Shown here piece by piece: positions 12,898 to 23,248 of a DNA stretch of 64,000 nucleotides. Numbering within the stretch: the stretch's first letter is position 1; each line of letters begins with the position of its first letter. The DNA comes from Betaproteobacteria bacterium (GTDB lineage Bacteria > Pseudomonadota > Gammaproteobacteria > Burkholderiales > Rhodocyclaceae): contig WRMF01000007.1 of NCBI GenBank assembly GCA_009777245.1, forward strand, positions 7,037 to 71,036, in the 5' to 3' direction. Both the position numbers and the translations under genes were made by a program. The notes beneath the pieces were generated by a model. It made no database searches. It was not told the origin of the DNA and saw only the letters and a list, made by a program, of their open reading frames with translations.

Positions 12898-13711
12898 ACG
12901 AAAACATCTTTTCAATCCTGAGTCCAGACGGCGCGGCATTTACATCCTGCCCAGTCTTTTTACCACGGCGGCGCTTTTCTCCGGCTTTTTCGCCATTATT
13001 CAGGCCATGCAGGGCAATTTTGACCTCGCCGGCATTGCAATCTTCATTGCCATGCTAATGGACGGGGTGGACGGTAGAGTTGCGCGGCTTACCAAAACCC
13101 AATCCGCCTTCGGCGCGGAATACGATTCCCTGTCCGACATGGTTTCCTTTGGCGTCGCTCCGGCGCTGATTGTATACGCATGGGCGCTCTCCGACCTGGG
13201 GCGTATCGGCTGGCTTGCGGCCTTTATCTACTGTGTCGGCGCGGCGCTTCGCCTTGCCCGTTTCAATACAACCATTGCGGCCGTAGACAAACGCTACTTT
13301 CAGGGTCTGCCAAGCCCTGTCGCCGCTATATTTGTCGTAGCTCTGGTCTGGCTTGTGCATGATATGGGCATCACGCAGGAGAACATGCGCTGGATGAGCT
13401 GGCTTGCCGCTTTTGTGACTGCCCTTGCCGGCATTACAATGATTTCCAACATTCCTTTTTACAGCTTCAAGGACATCAACCCGAAAGCGCGCGTTCCTTT
13501 GATGACTGCTGTCGCTCTGATTCTGGGCTGTGTGATTATCCCCAGCATCAATAGCGCCGCCTTTCTTCTTGCGTGCTCTTCCACCTATCTCTGTTCCGGT
13601 TATATACTGGCGACCATGCGTTTATTCTCCAGGAAACGCGCCGCCTTGAAGCCGCCTGTCCAAACCGACAGGACGGAAGGCTCGCCTTCCCCTGATACGG
13701 AAAAGTCATAG
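12872..13711 (+). CDS. pssA: CDP-diacylglycerol--serine O-phosphatidyltransferase
   Basis: CDP-alcohol phosphatidyltransferase motif [31 protein letters not shown], and multiple TM helices. The start could instead be the downstream MLKRK (12890). Confidence 0.9.
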   Translation: MPRRLPMLKRKHLFNPESRRRGIYILPSLFTTAALFSGFFAIIQAMQGNFDLAGIAIFIAMLMDGVDGRVARLTKTQSAFGAEYDSLSDMVSFGVAPALIVYAWALSDLGRIGWLAAFIYCVGAALRLARFNTTIAAVDKRYFQGLPSPVAAIFVVALVWLVHDMGITQENMRWMSWLAAFVTALAGITMISNIPFYSFKDINPKARVPLMTAVALILGCVIIPSINSAAFLLACSSTYLCSGYILATMRLFSRKRAALKPPVQTDRTEGSPSPDTEKS

Positions 13712-13905
13712 GAATGCAGCGGCAAGCTAAACGAAAGATTGGCTATGGACATCCAACTGACGCTTGAAAACATTCGATTTTTTCCCCGCAGATTCCCGTA
13801 AGAAGAAATCCTGTGCATCAGAAAACATAAAGACGCGGTAATCCCCGCTTTATTGGAATATGTCAGGGCGATTCTGTAAATAACACGACTGTCGGGGAGA
13901 ACGCT

Positions 13906-13985
13906 TTGCTTCCCTCTCCCGCTTACGACGCAGGGGTTAAAAATTTTTAACCCCTGCAGCGGCGTGGTTAGCCCCCTTTTTATAG
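13906..13985 (+). repeat. Mosaic intergenic repeat with a 24-nt perfect palindrome (copy 1 of 3)
   Basis: tccctctcccgcttacgacgc-aggggttaaaaatttttaacccct-gcagcggcgtggttagcccccttttta. The palindrome is at 13932-13955. Homologous copies lie at 60466-60601 (same orientation) and 43369-43510 (inverted). Confidence 0.85.
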
Positions 13986-14009
13986 CAGTTTCTGCAAGTA
14001 ACGCATTTT

Positions 14010-16676
14010 TCAGCCCTTTTCATTGTTAAAGGCGGCCTTGGACAGGTTCGCCAGATTCACCATACGAATGGGCACAAGCTCAACGGGGACGGTTTTTGCC
14101 GCTTCCGCAAACTCGGCTATCCGGTCAAAATTCATGTAGCGGTAAATTTCAGAGGCTTTTTCGTTCACCCGCCGGATATGCTGCATGTATTCAGGCAGGC
14201 TCGGAATCCTGCCCAGCAAGGCGCAAACGGCGGCAAGCTCGGCGGAAGACAGGTAAACATTGGTATCCAGCCCCATGCGATTGGGAAAATTACGGGTGGA
14301 TGTGGAAACCGCAGTAGCGCCCCTCTTCATCTGCGCCTGATTGCCCATGCAAAGCGAACATCCGGGCATTTCAATACGCGCGCCGGATTTACCCAGCACG
14401 CTGTAATAACCTTCTTCGGTCAGCATCATCGCGTCCATGCGGGTAGGCGGCACAATCCAGAGCCGTACCGGAATGTCCGATGCTCCGTCCAGAATCTTTC
14501 CCGCCGCGCGAAAATGACCGATATTGGTCATGCAGGAGCCGATGAACACTTCATCCACCTTGTCGCCCGCGACTTCCGACAACAATTTCACATCATCCGG
14601 GTCGTTCGGGCAGGCAAGGATTGGCTCCTTCACATCGGCAAGGTCAATTTCGATAATCGCCGCGTATGTCGCGTCCGCATCCGCCTCAAGCAATTCGCCC
14701 TTTTCAATCCACTCCTGCATCGCTTCAATCCGGCGTGTCAATGCGTCGCTATCCTGATAGCCGTTGGCGCGCATCCATTTCATCAGGGTAACGTTGGAAT
14801 TCAGGTACTCAATCACCGGAGCGCGATTCAACGCTACCGCGCAGGCGGCGGCGGAACGCTCCGCAGAAGCGTCGGTAAGCTCAAACGCCTGTTCCACCTT
14901 CAAATCGGGCAAACCTTCGATCTCCAGAATGCGCCCGGAAAAAATGTTTTTCTTCCCCTCTTTCGCCACGGTCAAAAGCCCGGCCTTGATCGCGTAATAT
15001 GGAATGGCATTGACCAGATCGCGCAGGGTAATGCCGGGCTGCATCTCGCCCTTGAAGCGCACCAGCACGGATTCCGGCATATCGAGCGGCATTGCGCCGG
15101 TCGCGGCGGCAAAGGCGACAAGGCCGGAACCCGCCGGAAAGGAAATCCCGACGGGAAAACGGGTATGGGAATCGCCGCCCGTGCCGACGGTATCTGGCAG
15201 AAGCAGGCGATTTAGCCATGAATGGATAACTCCGTCGCCAGGACGCAGCGTAACGCCGCCCCGTTCGCTGATAAAGTCCGGCAGTTCGCGGTGCGTTTTT
15301 ATATCCACCTGCTTAGGGTATGCCGCTGTATGGCAGAAGGACTGCATCACCATGTCGGCGGAAAAGCCAAGGCAGGCCAGGTCTTTCAATTCGTCGCGGG
15401 TCATGGGGCCGGTCGTGTCCTGGGAGCCTACCGTAGTCATCTTCGGCTCGCAGTAAGCGCCCGGTCGCACCCCCACGCCTTCCGGCAGGCCACAGGCGCG
15501 TCCTACCATTTTTTGCGCCAAGGTATAACCTGTGCCCGGGTCAACCGGCTGAACCGGCTGACGGAAAAGTGTGGATGCAGGAAGCCCCAACACAGCGCGG
15601 GCGCGAGCGGTCAAACCGCGCCCGATAATGAGCGGGATGCGCCCGCCTGCGCGAACTTCATCCAGAATGACCGGCGTTTTCAGCATGGCTTCCGCAATTA
15701 TCGCGCCGTCCTTTTTCACGGCGACTCTCGCGCTTGCAGCGTCAATCAGAAGCTCTATCGTATCGCCCATGTTCATGCCGGATACGTCAATCTCCACCGG
15801 CAGCGCGCCCGCGTCTTCCATTGTGTTAAAGAAAATCGGGGCGATCTTGCCGCCCAGACACACTCCGCCAAAACGCTTGTTCGGCACAAAGGGAATATCC
15901 TCGCCGGTAAACCAGAGCACGGAGTTGGCAGCCGATTTGCGCGAAGAGCCGGTTCCGACAACATCGCCCACATAGGCTATTTTGTGTCCGTTCGCCGCGA
16001 GTTTTGCGAGTTGTTTGACCGGCCCCCTCGCGCCCGCTTCATCCGCCTCGATGCCGGGACGCGGGTTTTTCAGCATGGCAAGGGCGTGCAGGGGAATATC
16101 AGGCCGCGACCAGGCATCCGGCGCGGGGGAAAGATCATCGGTATTGGTCTCCCCCGTCACCTTGAATACCGTCAGTTTCTGCGCGGCGGGCGCTTCCGGC
16201 CTTGACGTGAACCATTCGCCTTCCGCCCAGGATTGAAGCACGGCCTGGGCGTTTTGGTTCCCCGCCTTCGCCAACGCTACAACATCGTTGAAACCATCAA
16301 AGACGAGCAGCGTTTTTTTCAGACCTTTAGCCGCGATAGCGCCGATTTTCGGGTCATTCAGGAGTGCTATCAGGGGCTTGACGTTGAAGCCGCCCAGCAT
16401 GGTTCCCAAAAGCTCCGTCGCCTTTTCCGGGGAACCAAGGGGAGAGGACACCCTGCCTTTGGCAATGTCGGCGAGAAATTCGGCCTTCACTTCCGCCGCC
16501 TCGTCCACACCGGCGGGCACGCGGAAGGTCAGCAATTCCAGCAGAAAATCTTCCTCGCCCGCAGGCGGATTTTTCAAAAGCGCAATAAGGTCGACGGTCT
16601 GTTGCCTGGATAACGGCAACGCAGGGATACCGAGCGCGGCACGTTCGGCGCTATGGGCGCGGTAGGCTTCCAGCAT
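14010..16676 (-). CDS. acnB: Aconitate hydratase B (bifunctional aconitase 2 / 2-methylisocitrate dehydratase)
   Basis: The likely start is [22 protein letters not shown] (ATG at 16676), not the track start at 16718. About 888 aa, with AcnB-type N-terminal HEAT-like and swivel domains and Fe-S ligand regions ([22 protein letters not shown]). Confidence 0.95.
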   Translation of the reverse strand: MLEAYRAHSAERAALGIPALPLSRQQTVDLIALLKNPPAGEEDFLLELLTFRVPAGVDEAAEVKAEFLADIAKGRVSSPLGSPEKATELLGTMLGGFNVKPLIALLNDPKIGAIAAKGLKKTLLVFDGFNDVVALAKAGNQNAQAVLQSWAEGEWFTSRPEAPAAQKLTVFKVTGETNTDDLSPAPDAWSRPDIPLHALAMLKNPRPGIEADEAGARGPVKQLAKLAANGHKIAYVGDVVGTGSSRKSAANSVLWFTGEDIPFVPNKRFGGVCLGGKIAPIFFNTMEDAGALPVEIDVSGMNMGDTIELLIDAASARVAVKKDGAIIAEAMLKTPVILDEVRAGGRIPLIIGRGLTARARAVLGLPASTLFRQPVQPVDPGTGYTLAQKMVGRACGLPEGVGVRPGAYCEPKMTTVGSQDTTGPMTRDELKDLACLGFSADMVMQSFCHTAAYPKQVDIKTHRELPDFISERGGVTLRPGDGVIHSWLNRLLLPDTVGTGGDSHTRFPVGISFPAGSGLVAFAAATGAMPLDMPESVLVRFKGEMQPGITLRDLVNAIPYYAIKAGLLTVAKEGKKNIFSGRILEIEGLPDLKVEQAFELTDASAERSAAACAVALNRAPVIEYLNSNVTLMKWMRANGYQDSDALTRRIEAMQEWIEKGELLEADADATYAAIIEIDLADVKEPILACPNDPDDVKLLSEVAGDKVDEVFIGSCMTNIGHFRAAGKILDGASDIPVRLWIVPPTRMDAMMLTEEGYYSVLGKSGARIEMPGCSLCMGNQAQMKRGATAVSTSTRNFPNRMGLDTNVYLSSAELAAVCALLGRIPSLPEYMQHIRRVNEKASEIYRYMNFDRIAEFAEAAKTVPVELVPIRMVNLANLSKAAFNNEKG

Positions 16677-16767
16677 GGTGATTCCTTTCCAAAAATGGGA
16701 TATGGCTTTGCGGGGCATGGCTATGCCATCGCCTAGCTTCTCATGGAAGCCAATGATCCTCTATATT

Positions 16768-16800
16768 TTATCCGCCCCGACAGAAAAAGCCCAATTTTGA
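16768..16800 (+). repeat. Intergenic repeat module (tatccgccccgacagaaaaagcccaattttga)
   Basis: Near-identical to 60568-60601 (tatatccgccccgacggaaaaagcccaattttga). Confidence 0.8.
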
Positions 16801-17078
16801 AAGTTGGATCACGCTACGGGGTGGCGAGAGCAAACCCCTAGCCCGGATATTCATCATGCTCCAAAAAGCGCTGCGTTATGTGCGATCGGCATAAAAAGAC
16901 GCATCAGGCGATCCGAAAGGGGCAAAATGGGCGAAATCCTGCTTTTTGGGCGCAATTTCCCCTTACCCAATTGTTTATAGCGCTTTATCTCCAAAGCGTT
17001 AAGGTTCGCTTCGCTCACCTGCAACCTACAAAACTTCGCGGATTTTCCTGATGCCTGATACCTGACATCTGATACCTG

Positions 17079-17543
17079 TTAACGCCCCAGCTTTTTCATG
17101 CGCTCCGAAGGAGTGATGATGTCGGTCAGACGAATCCCGAATTTTTCGTTTACCACGACGACTTCCCCCTGGGCAATCAGGGTTCCGTTCACCAGAACAT
17201 CCATCGGCTCGCCGGCCAGTGCGTCCAACTCAACAACAGAACCATGCGCCAGTTGGAGCAGGTTTTTGATGGTGATTTTGGTGCGCCCCAACTCGACCGA
17301 CAGCTGAACCGGAATATCAAGAATGACATCCAGCTCGTTCATTACGCTATCCGCTCCGGCAGAAACGCTAAAGGAAGGGAAAATGTTGGCGGGTTGGGCA
17401 GCCGGAGCGGACGCCGCCGGAGGCTCCGTCTGCTCCGCCATCGCGGCAGCCCAGTCGTCCTCGGAAATCGCCTCGTCCCCGGCAGCGGCTTCGGCGCTCA
17501 TGCCCATGCTCGCCAGCGCGTCGGAAAGTTCGTCGTCAGCCAT
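17079..17543 (-). CDS. fliN: Flagellar motor switch protein FliN
   Basis: 154 aa. Acidic N-terminal region and a C-terminal SpoA domain (IPVQLSVELGRTKITIKNLLQLAHGSVVELDALAGEPMDVLVNG). Confidence 0.9.
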   Translation of the reverse strand: MADDELSDALASMGMSAEAAAGDEAISEDDWAAAMAEQTEPPAASAPAAQPANIFPSFSVSAGADSVMNELDVILDIPVQLSVELGRTKITIKNLLQLAHGSVVELDALAGEPMDVLVNGTLIAQGEVVVVNEKFGIRLTDIITPSERMKKLGR

Positions 17544-17577
17544 GTCTTATCCTTTCGTTTCTTTTACAAGCGCCCCG

Positions 17578-18588
17578 TCAGTTAATGGAAGGAATCGGCT
17601 CTGTAGGCGAGAGATCCGGTTCCATCGGGGTGAATTTTTCCACTTTCAGCGCGTATTGCCCGCCCTGTTGCCCATAACGGCATTCCATGACTGCAATGTT
17701 ATCCACAACAACGCGCAGGGTTTCGGGAATATGGATGGGTACGACATCGCCCGCCCTGAGGTTGAGGATTTGCCGCAACGTGATGGTATTCGTGCCCAGG
17801 TTCGCGACCAGTTCAATCTCCGCGTCCTGCAACTGCCGCCGCAACATACTGGTCCAGCGTTTATCCTGCGACACCTGATCGCTCTGCATGGAACTGTGCA
17901 GCAGATCGCGGATAGGCTCTATCATCGAGTAGGGAAAACAGATATGCATGTCCGCCGCCGTGCCGCCGAATTCAAGGGTAAACGTGGTGGAAATGACTAT
18001 TTCCGAAGGAGTTGCAATGTTTGCAAACTGGGAATTCATTTCCGAACGGATGTATTCGAGATGAATCTGAAAGACCGGCTTCCAGGAATTGCCGTAGTCG
18101 TTGAACACCACGCCCAGCAATCCCTGAATGATGCGCTGCTCGGTCGCGGTGAAATCCCGTCCCTCGACCCTTGAGTGAAAACGCCCGTCGCCGCCGAACA
18201 TGTTGTCGACAACCAGAAACACAAGACTTGGGTCAAAAACAAACAGCGCCGAGCCGCGCAAGGGCTTTACAGTCACGAGATTAAGATTGGTTGGCACTAC
18301 CAGATTGCGGATAAATTCGCTGTATTTCTGAACCCGGATCGGCCCCACGGAAATCTCGACCGGACGATGCATGTAGTTGAATATGCCAATCCGAAGATAA
18401 CGCGCAAATCGTTCATTTATGAGTTCCAGCGTGGGCATCCGCCCGCGCACGATCCGCTCCTGCGTCCCCAGGTTGTAGGCGCGCACGCTGCCCGCGTCCT
18501 GAGCGGAAGTATCAGGTTCGTCCTCTTCTCCAGTCACGCCTTTCAAGAGGGCGTCAATTTCGTCCTGGGAGAGAAAATCACCGGCCAT
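17578..18588 (-). CDS. fliM: Flagellar motor switch protein FliM
   Basis: 336 aa. N-terminal CheY-P-binding motif LSQDEIDALL, and central and C-terminal FliM/FliN-like domains. Confidence 0.95.
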   Translation of the reverse strand: MAGDFLSQDEIDALLKGVTGEEDEPDTSAQDAGSVRAYNLGTQERIVRGRMPTLELINERFARYLRIGIFNYMHRPVEISVGPIRVQKYSEFIRNLVVPTNLNLVTVKPLRGSALFVFDPSLVFLVVDNMFGGDGRFHSRVEGRDFTATEQRIIQGLLGVVFNDYGNSWKPVFQIHLEYIRSEMNSQFANIATPSEIVISTTFTLEFGGTAADMHICFPYSMIEPIRDLLHSSMQSDQVSQDKRWTSMLRRQLQDAEIELVANLGTNTITLRQILNLRAGDVVPIHIPETLRVVVDNIAVMECRYGQQGGQYALKVEKFTPMEPDLSPTEPIPSIN

Positions 18589-18606
18589 AAATGCAAATCT
18601 CCGTGT

Positions 18607-19170
18607 TTATTGGATGATGATGTGTTCAAACAACACCTCTGCCACCGGGCCTTCCGGCGGTTTTTCATTGGGGCGTCGGGGAGGGCTGATGATGCGGTTG
18701 ATGGCATAGCGGATTTCTTCGGCAAGAACTTCCTTGCCTTCCCTGGTTATCAGGAAACTCGCCTGCTTGTCCGACATAATCAGGGTGAGATCGTTACGAA
18801 TACGGGGCATAAGGCCACTCAAGCTGGTCTCCGCAGCCGTGCTCTCCACTTGCAGGGTGATGTCTACCTGCATATAAGCGGCGTCGCTGCCGTCATCAGC
18901 CGGTTTCAGATTGACCGTGAATTTATCGAGCCTGACGAATACGGGCGGGATGCCTGATCCTGGCTTTTTCTGGCTAATCGTTTGCTCATCGTCGTCGTAA
19001 TCGGAGCCGGACTTTGACCACCACCATACAAGCCCGCCCACGGCGGCAATCGAAAATAGCAGAATCGTCCCAACCAAAACGGCAAGAACCATTTTTTTGC
19101 TTTTATTGGGAGCGGCTACCGGCGCGGCTGCCGGTGCGGCTTGCGCGGGCGGATTTTTTTCGTTGGCCAT
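18607..19170 (-). CDS. fliL: Flagellar basal-body-associated protein FliL
   Basis: 187 aa. A single TM helix, then the FliL pattern (FVRLDKFTVNL...YMQVDITLQV...MPRIRNDLTLIM...VLFEHIIIQ). Confidence 0.85.
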   Translation of the reverse strand: MANEKNPPAQAAPAAAPVAAPNKSKKMVLAVLVGTILLFSIAAVGGLVWWWSKSGSDYDDDEQTISQKKPGSGIPPVFVRLDKFTVNLKPADDGSDAAYMQVDITLQVESTAAETSLSGLMPRIRNDLTLIMSDKQASFLITREGKEVLAEEIRYAINRIISPPRRPNEKPPEGPVAEVLFEHIIIQ

Positions 19171-19184
19171 GCAATTTCTCCTTT

Positions 19185-20354
19185 TTACGCGAACAGATCA
19201 ATGCCGCCGATTCTACCGTTGGCATGAGCGAACAGCATTCTATGCCCCGCATCCGTCAGTATAGACGCTCTTTCCATGTTTCCATCGTGTTCTTCGACCG
19301 TATCCGCCGATTCTTCAGCATTTTCGGCAAATTCGCCATGCGCCGGATTCCGCTCGCCAGCTCCATGTTCTTTAGCCATGTTGTACGCTTCCTCTCGGCG
19401 CGTTTGGTCGTCTACATCGGCTCGCCCCAGCGATACGCCGGCGACAGCCATCATTTCGCGCAGCCGGGGCATTGCCTCCTCAATGGCTTGGCGCACTTCC
19501 ATCGTTGCGACGGTGAACTGAATGGACGCCTTATCGCCTTGCAGATTCAAGGAAATCGAAAGCTGTCCCAAATTCGCCGGATGGAGCCTGAAGTCGACCT
19601 GCTGATGCCCGTTTCTTGTCATCCAGATAATCTGTTCGCCAAGACGTTCGCCCCAGGCGCTTGAAGCAACCGGAGCAGGAATGCTGGCAGTTGCGCGGGG
19701 AATATTATTATTGTTCGCCGCTTTTGCGAGCGCCGCAGTTTCGCGTAACAAATGGGTGAAATCGTGTTTTTCCTCTTTTGCGCCGGAGGAATGCTCGTCG
19801 GACTTTCCGGCAAGATTTGCCGCCAGCGGCAAATCCTTGGCTCCCTGCTTTGCGAGGAGCGAATTGTCTTCTGCGTCCGCCTTCTGACCGGAAGCGGGAA
19901 GGGCTGCGCCCTTGCCTGCCTCGGCAATTTCCGGCGCTGCAGGGTAAACCTGCGCCGCATTGGCTATTTGCACGGGACTGAAAGGGACTGCGATGATGCT
20001 GTCTGCTTCATCGTCATCGCCTTCGTCTTTCTTTTCCTTTGCAAGCAGACGCGCCAGAACTGAAGACAGATGCGCGTCTTCATGCCCCGCAGGAATCTGA
20101 ATCCCGGCAGCCGCCGTAAACTCGGCAGGCAGCGGAATTTCGGCGGTCAGGTCAGCCTGGGGCAACAGATCGGCAAGAAAATCGGCTGGCAGTTCAGGCG
20201 CAATATCCGCATCGGGCGCGGTAGTATTCAGGAGCATTGCCAATAGCCCGAAAAAACTGCCGCCCTTGCCGAGCAAGGCGGTGTCTGTCGCCGACATGTC
20301 CCCGCCGCCGGGCATGGCGGATACAAGAGCTGAGATAGGAGTAATCGTAGTCAT
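19185..20354 (-). CDS. fliK: Flagellar hook-length control protein FliK
   Basis: C-terminal FliK domain (HPANLGQLSISLNLQGDKASIQFTVATMEVRQAIEEAMPRLREMM) and an Ala/Pro-rich middle region. I set the start at MTTITPI (ATG 20354, GAGGAA SD upstream), because a sigma-54-type promoter lies inside the longer track ORF. Confidence 0.8.
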   Translation of the reverse strand: MTTITPISALVSAMPGGGDMSATDTALLGKGGSFFGLLAMLLNTTAPDADIAPELPADFLADLLPQADLTAEIPLPAEFTAAAGIQIPAGHEDAHLSSVLARLLAKEKKDEGDDDEADSIIAVPFSPVQIANAAQVYPAAPEIAEAGKGAALPASGQKADAEDNSLLAKQGAKDLPLAANLAGKSDEHSSGAKEEKHDFTHLLRETAALAKAANNNNIPRATASIPAPVASSAWGERLGEQIIWMTRNGHQQVDFRLHPANLGQLSISLNLQGDKASIQFTVATMEVRQAIEEAMPRLREMMAVAGVSLGRADVDDQTRREEAYNMAKEHGAGERNPAHGEFAENAEESADTVEEHDGNMERASILTDAGHRMLFAHANGRIGGIDLFA

Positions 20355-20388
20355 GGCTTCCTCAAGCGTCTGGTTCTGCTTCATGGAA

Positions 20389-20403
20389 GCAATTGGTGTG
20401 CCA
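20389..20403 (-). promoter_or_regulatory. Candidate sigma-54 (-24/-12) promoter for the fliK operon
   Basis: The minus strand reads TGGCACaccaaTTGC, which matches the TGGCAC-N5-TTGC core exactly, about 35 nt upstream of the MTTITPI start. Confidence 0.5.
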
Positions 20404-20609
20404 TGACTGCCTATAAATGCCGCTGCTTCAGGACTGCCGCACACGCATTTATTGAGCGCATCTTCAAAAAGTTTTTTATTATCAATGTGTTATGGTAATT
20501 ATCGTAATTAAAAATTATGCGACTTGCAAACAGAGGCCGCCAAAGGCGGGAGTCCCCTTTGATTTGCGGCAAAGCCAAAAGGGAGCTTGGCGGCGAAGCT
20601 GCACTAGGG

Positions 20610-20655
20610 TTATGTACGCGCTGAAGTAATCTAATTTTGGTCGAACCATTCCAGA
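20610..20655 (+). repeat. Repeat module adjoining the transposase relic
   Basis: ttatgtacgcgctgaagtaatctaattttggtcgaaccattcca recurs at 43369-43412 (tatgtacgcgctgaagtaattgattttttgtcgaaccactcca) in the same orientation. Confidence 0.8.
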
Positions 20656-20658
20656 TGA

Positions 20659-20976
20659 GTGACGTATTTTTGCGACATGAACAGTTGTGCAGTATTCTTG
20701 GCAAGACCAAACATACCTCCTTTAAACACGGTGGGCGGGACGCTGATCAAGGCTTGGGCATCCCGGAAGAGCTTTGTTGCGAGGGATGATTCGGGCAATC
20801 CAGGCGGTGGGAAGAACCCGACTGCTGATTTCAAGGGCAAGGAGCGCAAGAACGACTCTCTCGCCTCTAGCGCCAACCCTTATGTCACACTCTACAAGAA
20901 AAGCGAAGGAGATGAGTCGCGCCTCTGTTACATGGCTCATGCGCTTATGGAAAACCGGCTCAAATCCGGTTTTTAG
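20659..20976 (+). pseudogene. Truncated IS5-family (DUF772/DDE) transposase fragment
   Basis: The 105-aa ORF contains ...GGTLIKAWASRKSF...NPTADFKGKERKNDSLASSANPYVTLYKKSEGDESRLCYMAHALMENR. From memory, this matches the conserved VDGTLIEAWAS...DFHGEKRSN.TH.STTDP.A.LY.K...EAKLCY.GHALMENRNG block of IS5-group transposases. The ORF stops right after ENR and the DDE catalytic core is missing. Confidence 0.6.
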
Positions 20977-21146
20977 GCGACAGAAGGGCTGAACGGCAAA
21001 AAAACCTTCGCCGTCACATTGGATAATCGAAGGTGTCAGGGGATTTTTGAGCATCCTGTTAAAGTGTGGCGCGGAAGGCATGATAAAGATACACTATCAA
21101 ACTCATGATGATTTCTCGTGTATCGTGTTGTTTTTTTCAGTCCATT

Positions 21147-21896
21147 ATGGCTTCGTTGCCTGAATTTTCCTTTCGCCGCTGGAGCGCCTGGGCGCCCGCC
21201 ATGAGCGTCGCCGACAACTGGCTGGCCTGGGCGCGTTGTGAAACTTCGCTGCCCGACCATGAAGAAACTGCCGCAGTGCGGGCGATGCCGCCGCTGTTAC
21301 GACGGCGGTCGCATCCGCTCGGTCGCGCCGCGCTGGAGGCGCTGTACGCGCCGGAGTTGGCATATGCCGATCAGCCCATCATATTGTGCAGCCGCCACGG
21401 CGAGATTGACCGTTCCGCAATTCTCTTGCAGGCGCTGGCGACGGAAGGCAAAGTTTCGCCGCAGGAGTTCAGTATGTCGGTGCATAACGCCATTCCCGGC
21501 CTCTTCCTGATTGCAAGACAAAGCCGCTCGCCGGTCATTGCTCTGGCCTCGGAAAACCGTCTGGCGCTTTCCGGCATTACCGAGGCGCTGGTCAGGCTTG
21601 CCGATGGCGTGTCTTCCGTGATCCTGATATTCTGCGACGCGCCGCTGCCGATGCTGTTTCGCCCCTTCGTCTACAATGAGCCAACCTGCTTTGCCTTCGC
21701 GCTCGAAATGACTGCTGGCAGGGACTACCGCCTCGCCTGCAATGATACTGATACTGCGCCCTCCCAGGAAGCCGATTCCGCGCCGATGTCAGATTCCGCA
21801 CTGCCGTTATTGCGCTTCATCCTGGATGAAAGAGAAAGCGCCTTGCCGCTGTCGGCGGATTGGCGACTGTCGCGCCTTGAGGCCGGTCATGCCTGA
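21147..21896 (+). CDS. Beta-ketoacyl synthase chain-length-factor-like protein (ApeC-like)
   Basis: SFRRWSAWAPAM..., MPPLLRRRSHPLGRAAL, CSRHGEIDRSAILLQALA...VSPQEFSMSVHNAIPGL. This is the typical KS N-terminal-like protein lacking the active-site Cys that is found in APE clusters. I chose MASLPEF (21147) as the start. Confidence 0.75.
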   Translation: MASLPEFSFRRWSAWAPAMSVADNWLAWARCETSLPDHEETAAVRAMPPLLRRRSHPLGRAALEALYAPELAYADQPIILCSRHGEIDRSAILLQALATEGKVSPQEFSMSVHNAIPGLFLIARQSRSPVIALASENRLALSGITEALVRLADGVSSVILIFCDAPLPMLFRPFVYNEPTCFAFALEMTAGRDYRLACNDTDTAPSQEADSAPMSDSALPLLRFILDERESALPLSADWRLSRLEAGHA

Positions 21897-22722
21897 AAAC
21901 CTGCTGTCGCCCATTATGCCTATGCCTGCTGATGACAAACTGCGATTGCCGCCTGAGCGATGCTGGCGCATCATTGCGACTGCCTTTTGTTTTGCCGTGT
22001 TTGGCTTGGGCGGGTTGGTCGTCTTGTGTCTGGTATTCCCGCTGTTGCGGTTGCTGGTATGGCGGCGCGAGCTTCGTCAGGAGCTGGCGCGCGATATTGT
22101 CTGTTTTAGTTTTCGGCTTTTCTGCAAACTCATGACCTCAGTCGGAGTTATCAGCTATGAAGTGCGCGGCCTTGAAAAATTGCAGCGTCGCGGCATGTTG
22201 ATCGTTGCCAATCATCCGTCGTTGATTGACGTGGTGATGCTGATTTCGCTCCTGAAGCAGCCCGATTGCGTGGTCAAGGCCGCCGCCTGGCGCAATCCCT
22301 TCATGCTGGGGCCGGTGTCGTTGTGCGGTTTCATCCGCAACCAGGACGGCCCGCAACTGATTGACGATTGCATCGCGTCAGTGCGTCGCGGTAGCAATCT
22401 CGTCATTTTTCCGGAAGGAACCCGCACTCGGATAGAAGCGTTGCTCAAACGGCAAATCAATCCGTTGCAGCGTGGCGTAGCCAACATTGCGGTGCGCGGA
22501 CATCTTCCGCTTACGCCGGTCGTCATCACCGTCACCGAGCCGATGCTGCCCAAGCAACTGCCTTGGTATCACGCGCCAAAGCGACGTCCGCATTTCGTGC
22601 TGACCGTGCATGACGACATTGATTCCCTTGTTTCCGCCGATACCGCGCCAACATTGATGGCGCGTGTCCTGACGGAACGCCTTTCCGATTTTTTCACCCG
22701 AGAACTGCAAAACTTGCCATGA
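21889..22722 (+). CDS. Lysophospholipid/1-acyl-glycerol-3-phosphate acyltransferase family protein (ApeD-like)
   Basis: HX4D motif (ANHPSLIDVVML) and a FPEGTRT motif. The start ATG 21889 overlaps the upstream stop (ATGCCTGA). Confidence 0.85.
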   Translation: MPENLLSPIMPMPADDKLRLPPERCWRIIATAFCFAVFGLGGLVVLCLVFPLLRLLVWRRELRQELARDIVCFSFRLFCKLMTSVGVISYEVRGLEKLQRRGMLIVANHPSLIDVVMLISLLKQPDCVVKAAAWRNPFMLGPVSLCGFIRNQDGPQLIDDCIASVRRGSNLVIFPEGTRTRIEALLKRQINPLQRGVANIAVRGHLPLTPVVITVTEPMLPKQLPWYHAPKRRPHFVLTVHDDIDSLVSADTAPTLMARVLTERLSDFFTRELQNLP

Positions 22723-22970
22723 TTGACGAAATCAAAACCCTGATTATTGAGACGCTGAACCTGGAGGATGTCGCTATTTCCGACATTGACGCCGACGCGC
22801 CGCTGTTCGTGGAGGGCCTTGGCCTCGATTCGATTGACGCGCTGGAACTTGGCGTCGCCCTGAATAAACGCTATGGCATCACGCTATCGTCGGAATCGGA
22901 AGAAACGCGGCGACACTTCGCCTCGGTTCGCAGTCTTGCCGATTACGTCGCGGCTCGCCGTGTCCGCTGA
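22719..22970 (+). CDS. Acyl carrier protein
   Basis: 83 aa, with phosphopantetheine-attachment motif GLDSIDALEL. ATGA overlap with the upstream gene. Confidence 0.9.
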   Translation: MIDEIKTLIIETLNLEDVAISDIDADAPLFVEGLGLDSIDALELGVALNKRYGITLSSESEETRRHFASVRSLADYVAARRVR

Positions 22971-22987
22971 TATATTGAGGAAATACG

Positions 22988-23248
22988 ATGTCTTCAACAA
23001 TGTCCAAAGAAGAAATTCTCGACTGGATAAAGAACGTCCTGCGCGAGCAATTTGAAATTCCCGCCGAGCACGTGGCATCAGACGCCAGGTTGTATCAGGA
23101 CCTCGATATTGACAGCATTGACGCCGTTGATCTGTTGATCAAGCTGAAACAACTGACGGGGCAGACGATCTCTCCAGAAGCGTTCAAGCAGGTGCGTACC
23201 GTAGGCGACGTGGTAGATGCAGTCCATGCCCATCTGCAAAACTCCTGA
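22988..23248 (+). CDS. Acyl carrier protein (second, divergent)
   Basis: 86 aa, with motif DLDIDSIDAVDLL. Confidence 0.9.
   Translation: MSSTMSKEEILDWIKNVLREQFEIPAEHVASDARLYQDLDIDSIDAVDLLIKLKQLTGQTISPEAFKQVRTVGDVVDAVHAHLQNS

Noticed and set aside
14178-16205. 345-aa and 327-aa + strand ORFs opposite acnB
   Set aside because: They are antisense shadows of acnB. They are rich in R/G/H and contain no motifs.
17323-18957. 283-aa and 260-aa + strand ORFs opposite fliN/fliM/fliL
   Set aside because: They are antisense to well-supported flagellar genes and have no domain signatures.
20659-20976. Intact, active insertion sequence at the left flank of the accessory region
   Set aside because: Only about 105 codons of the transposase middle region survive. 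The upstream part is frame-shifted or deleted, the DDE core is missing, and I could not identify inverted repeats. I therefore called it a relic only.
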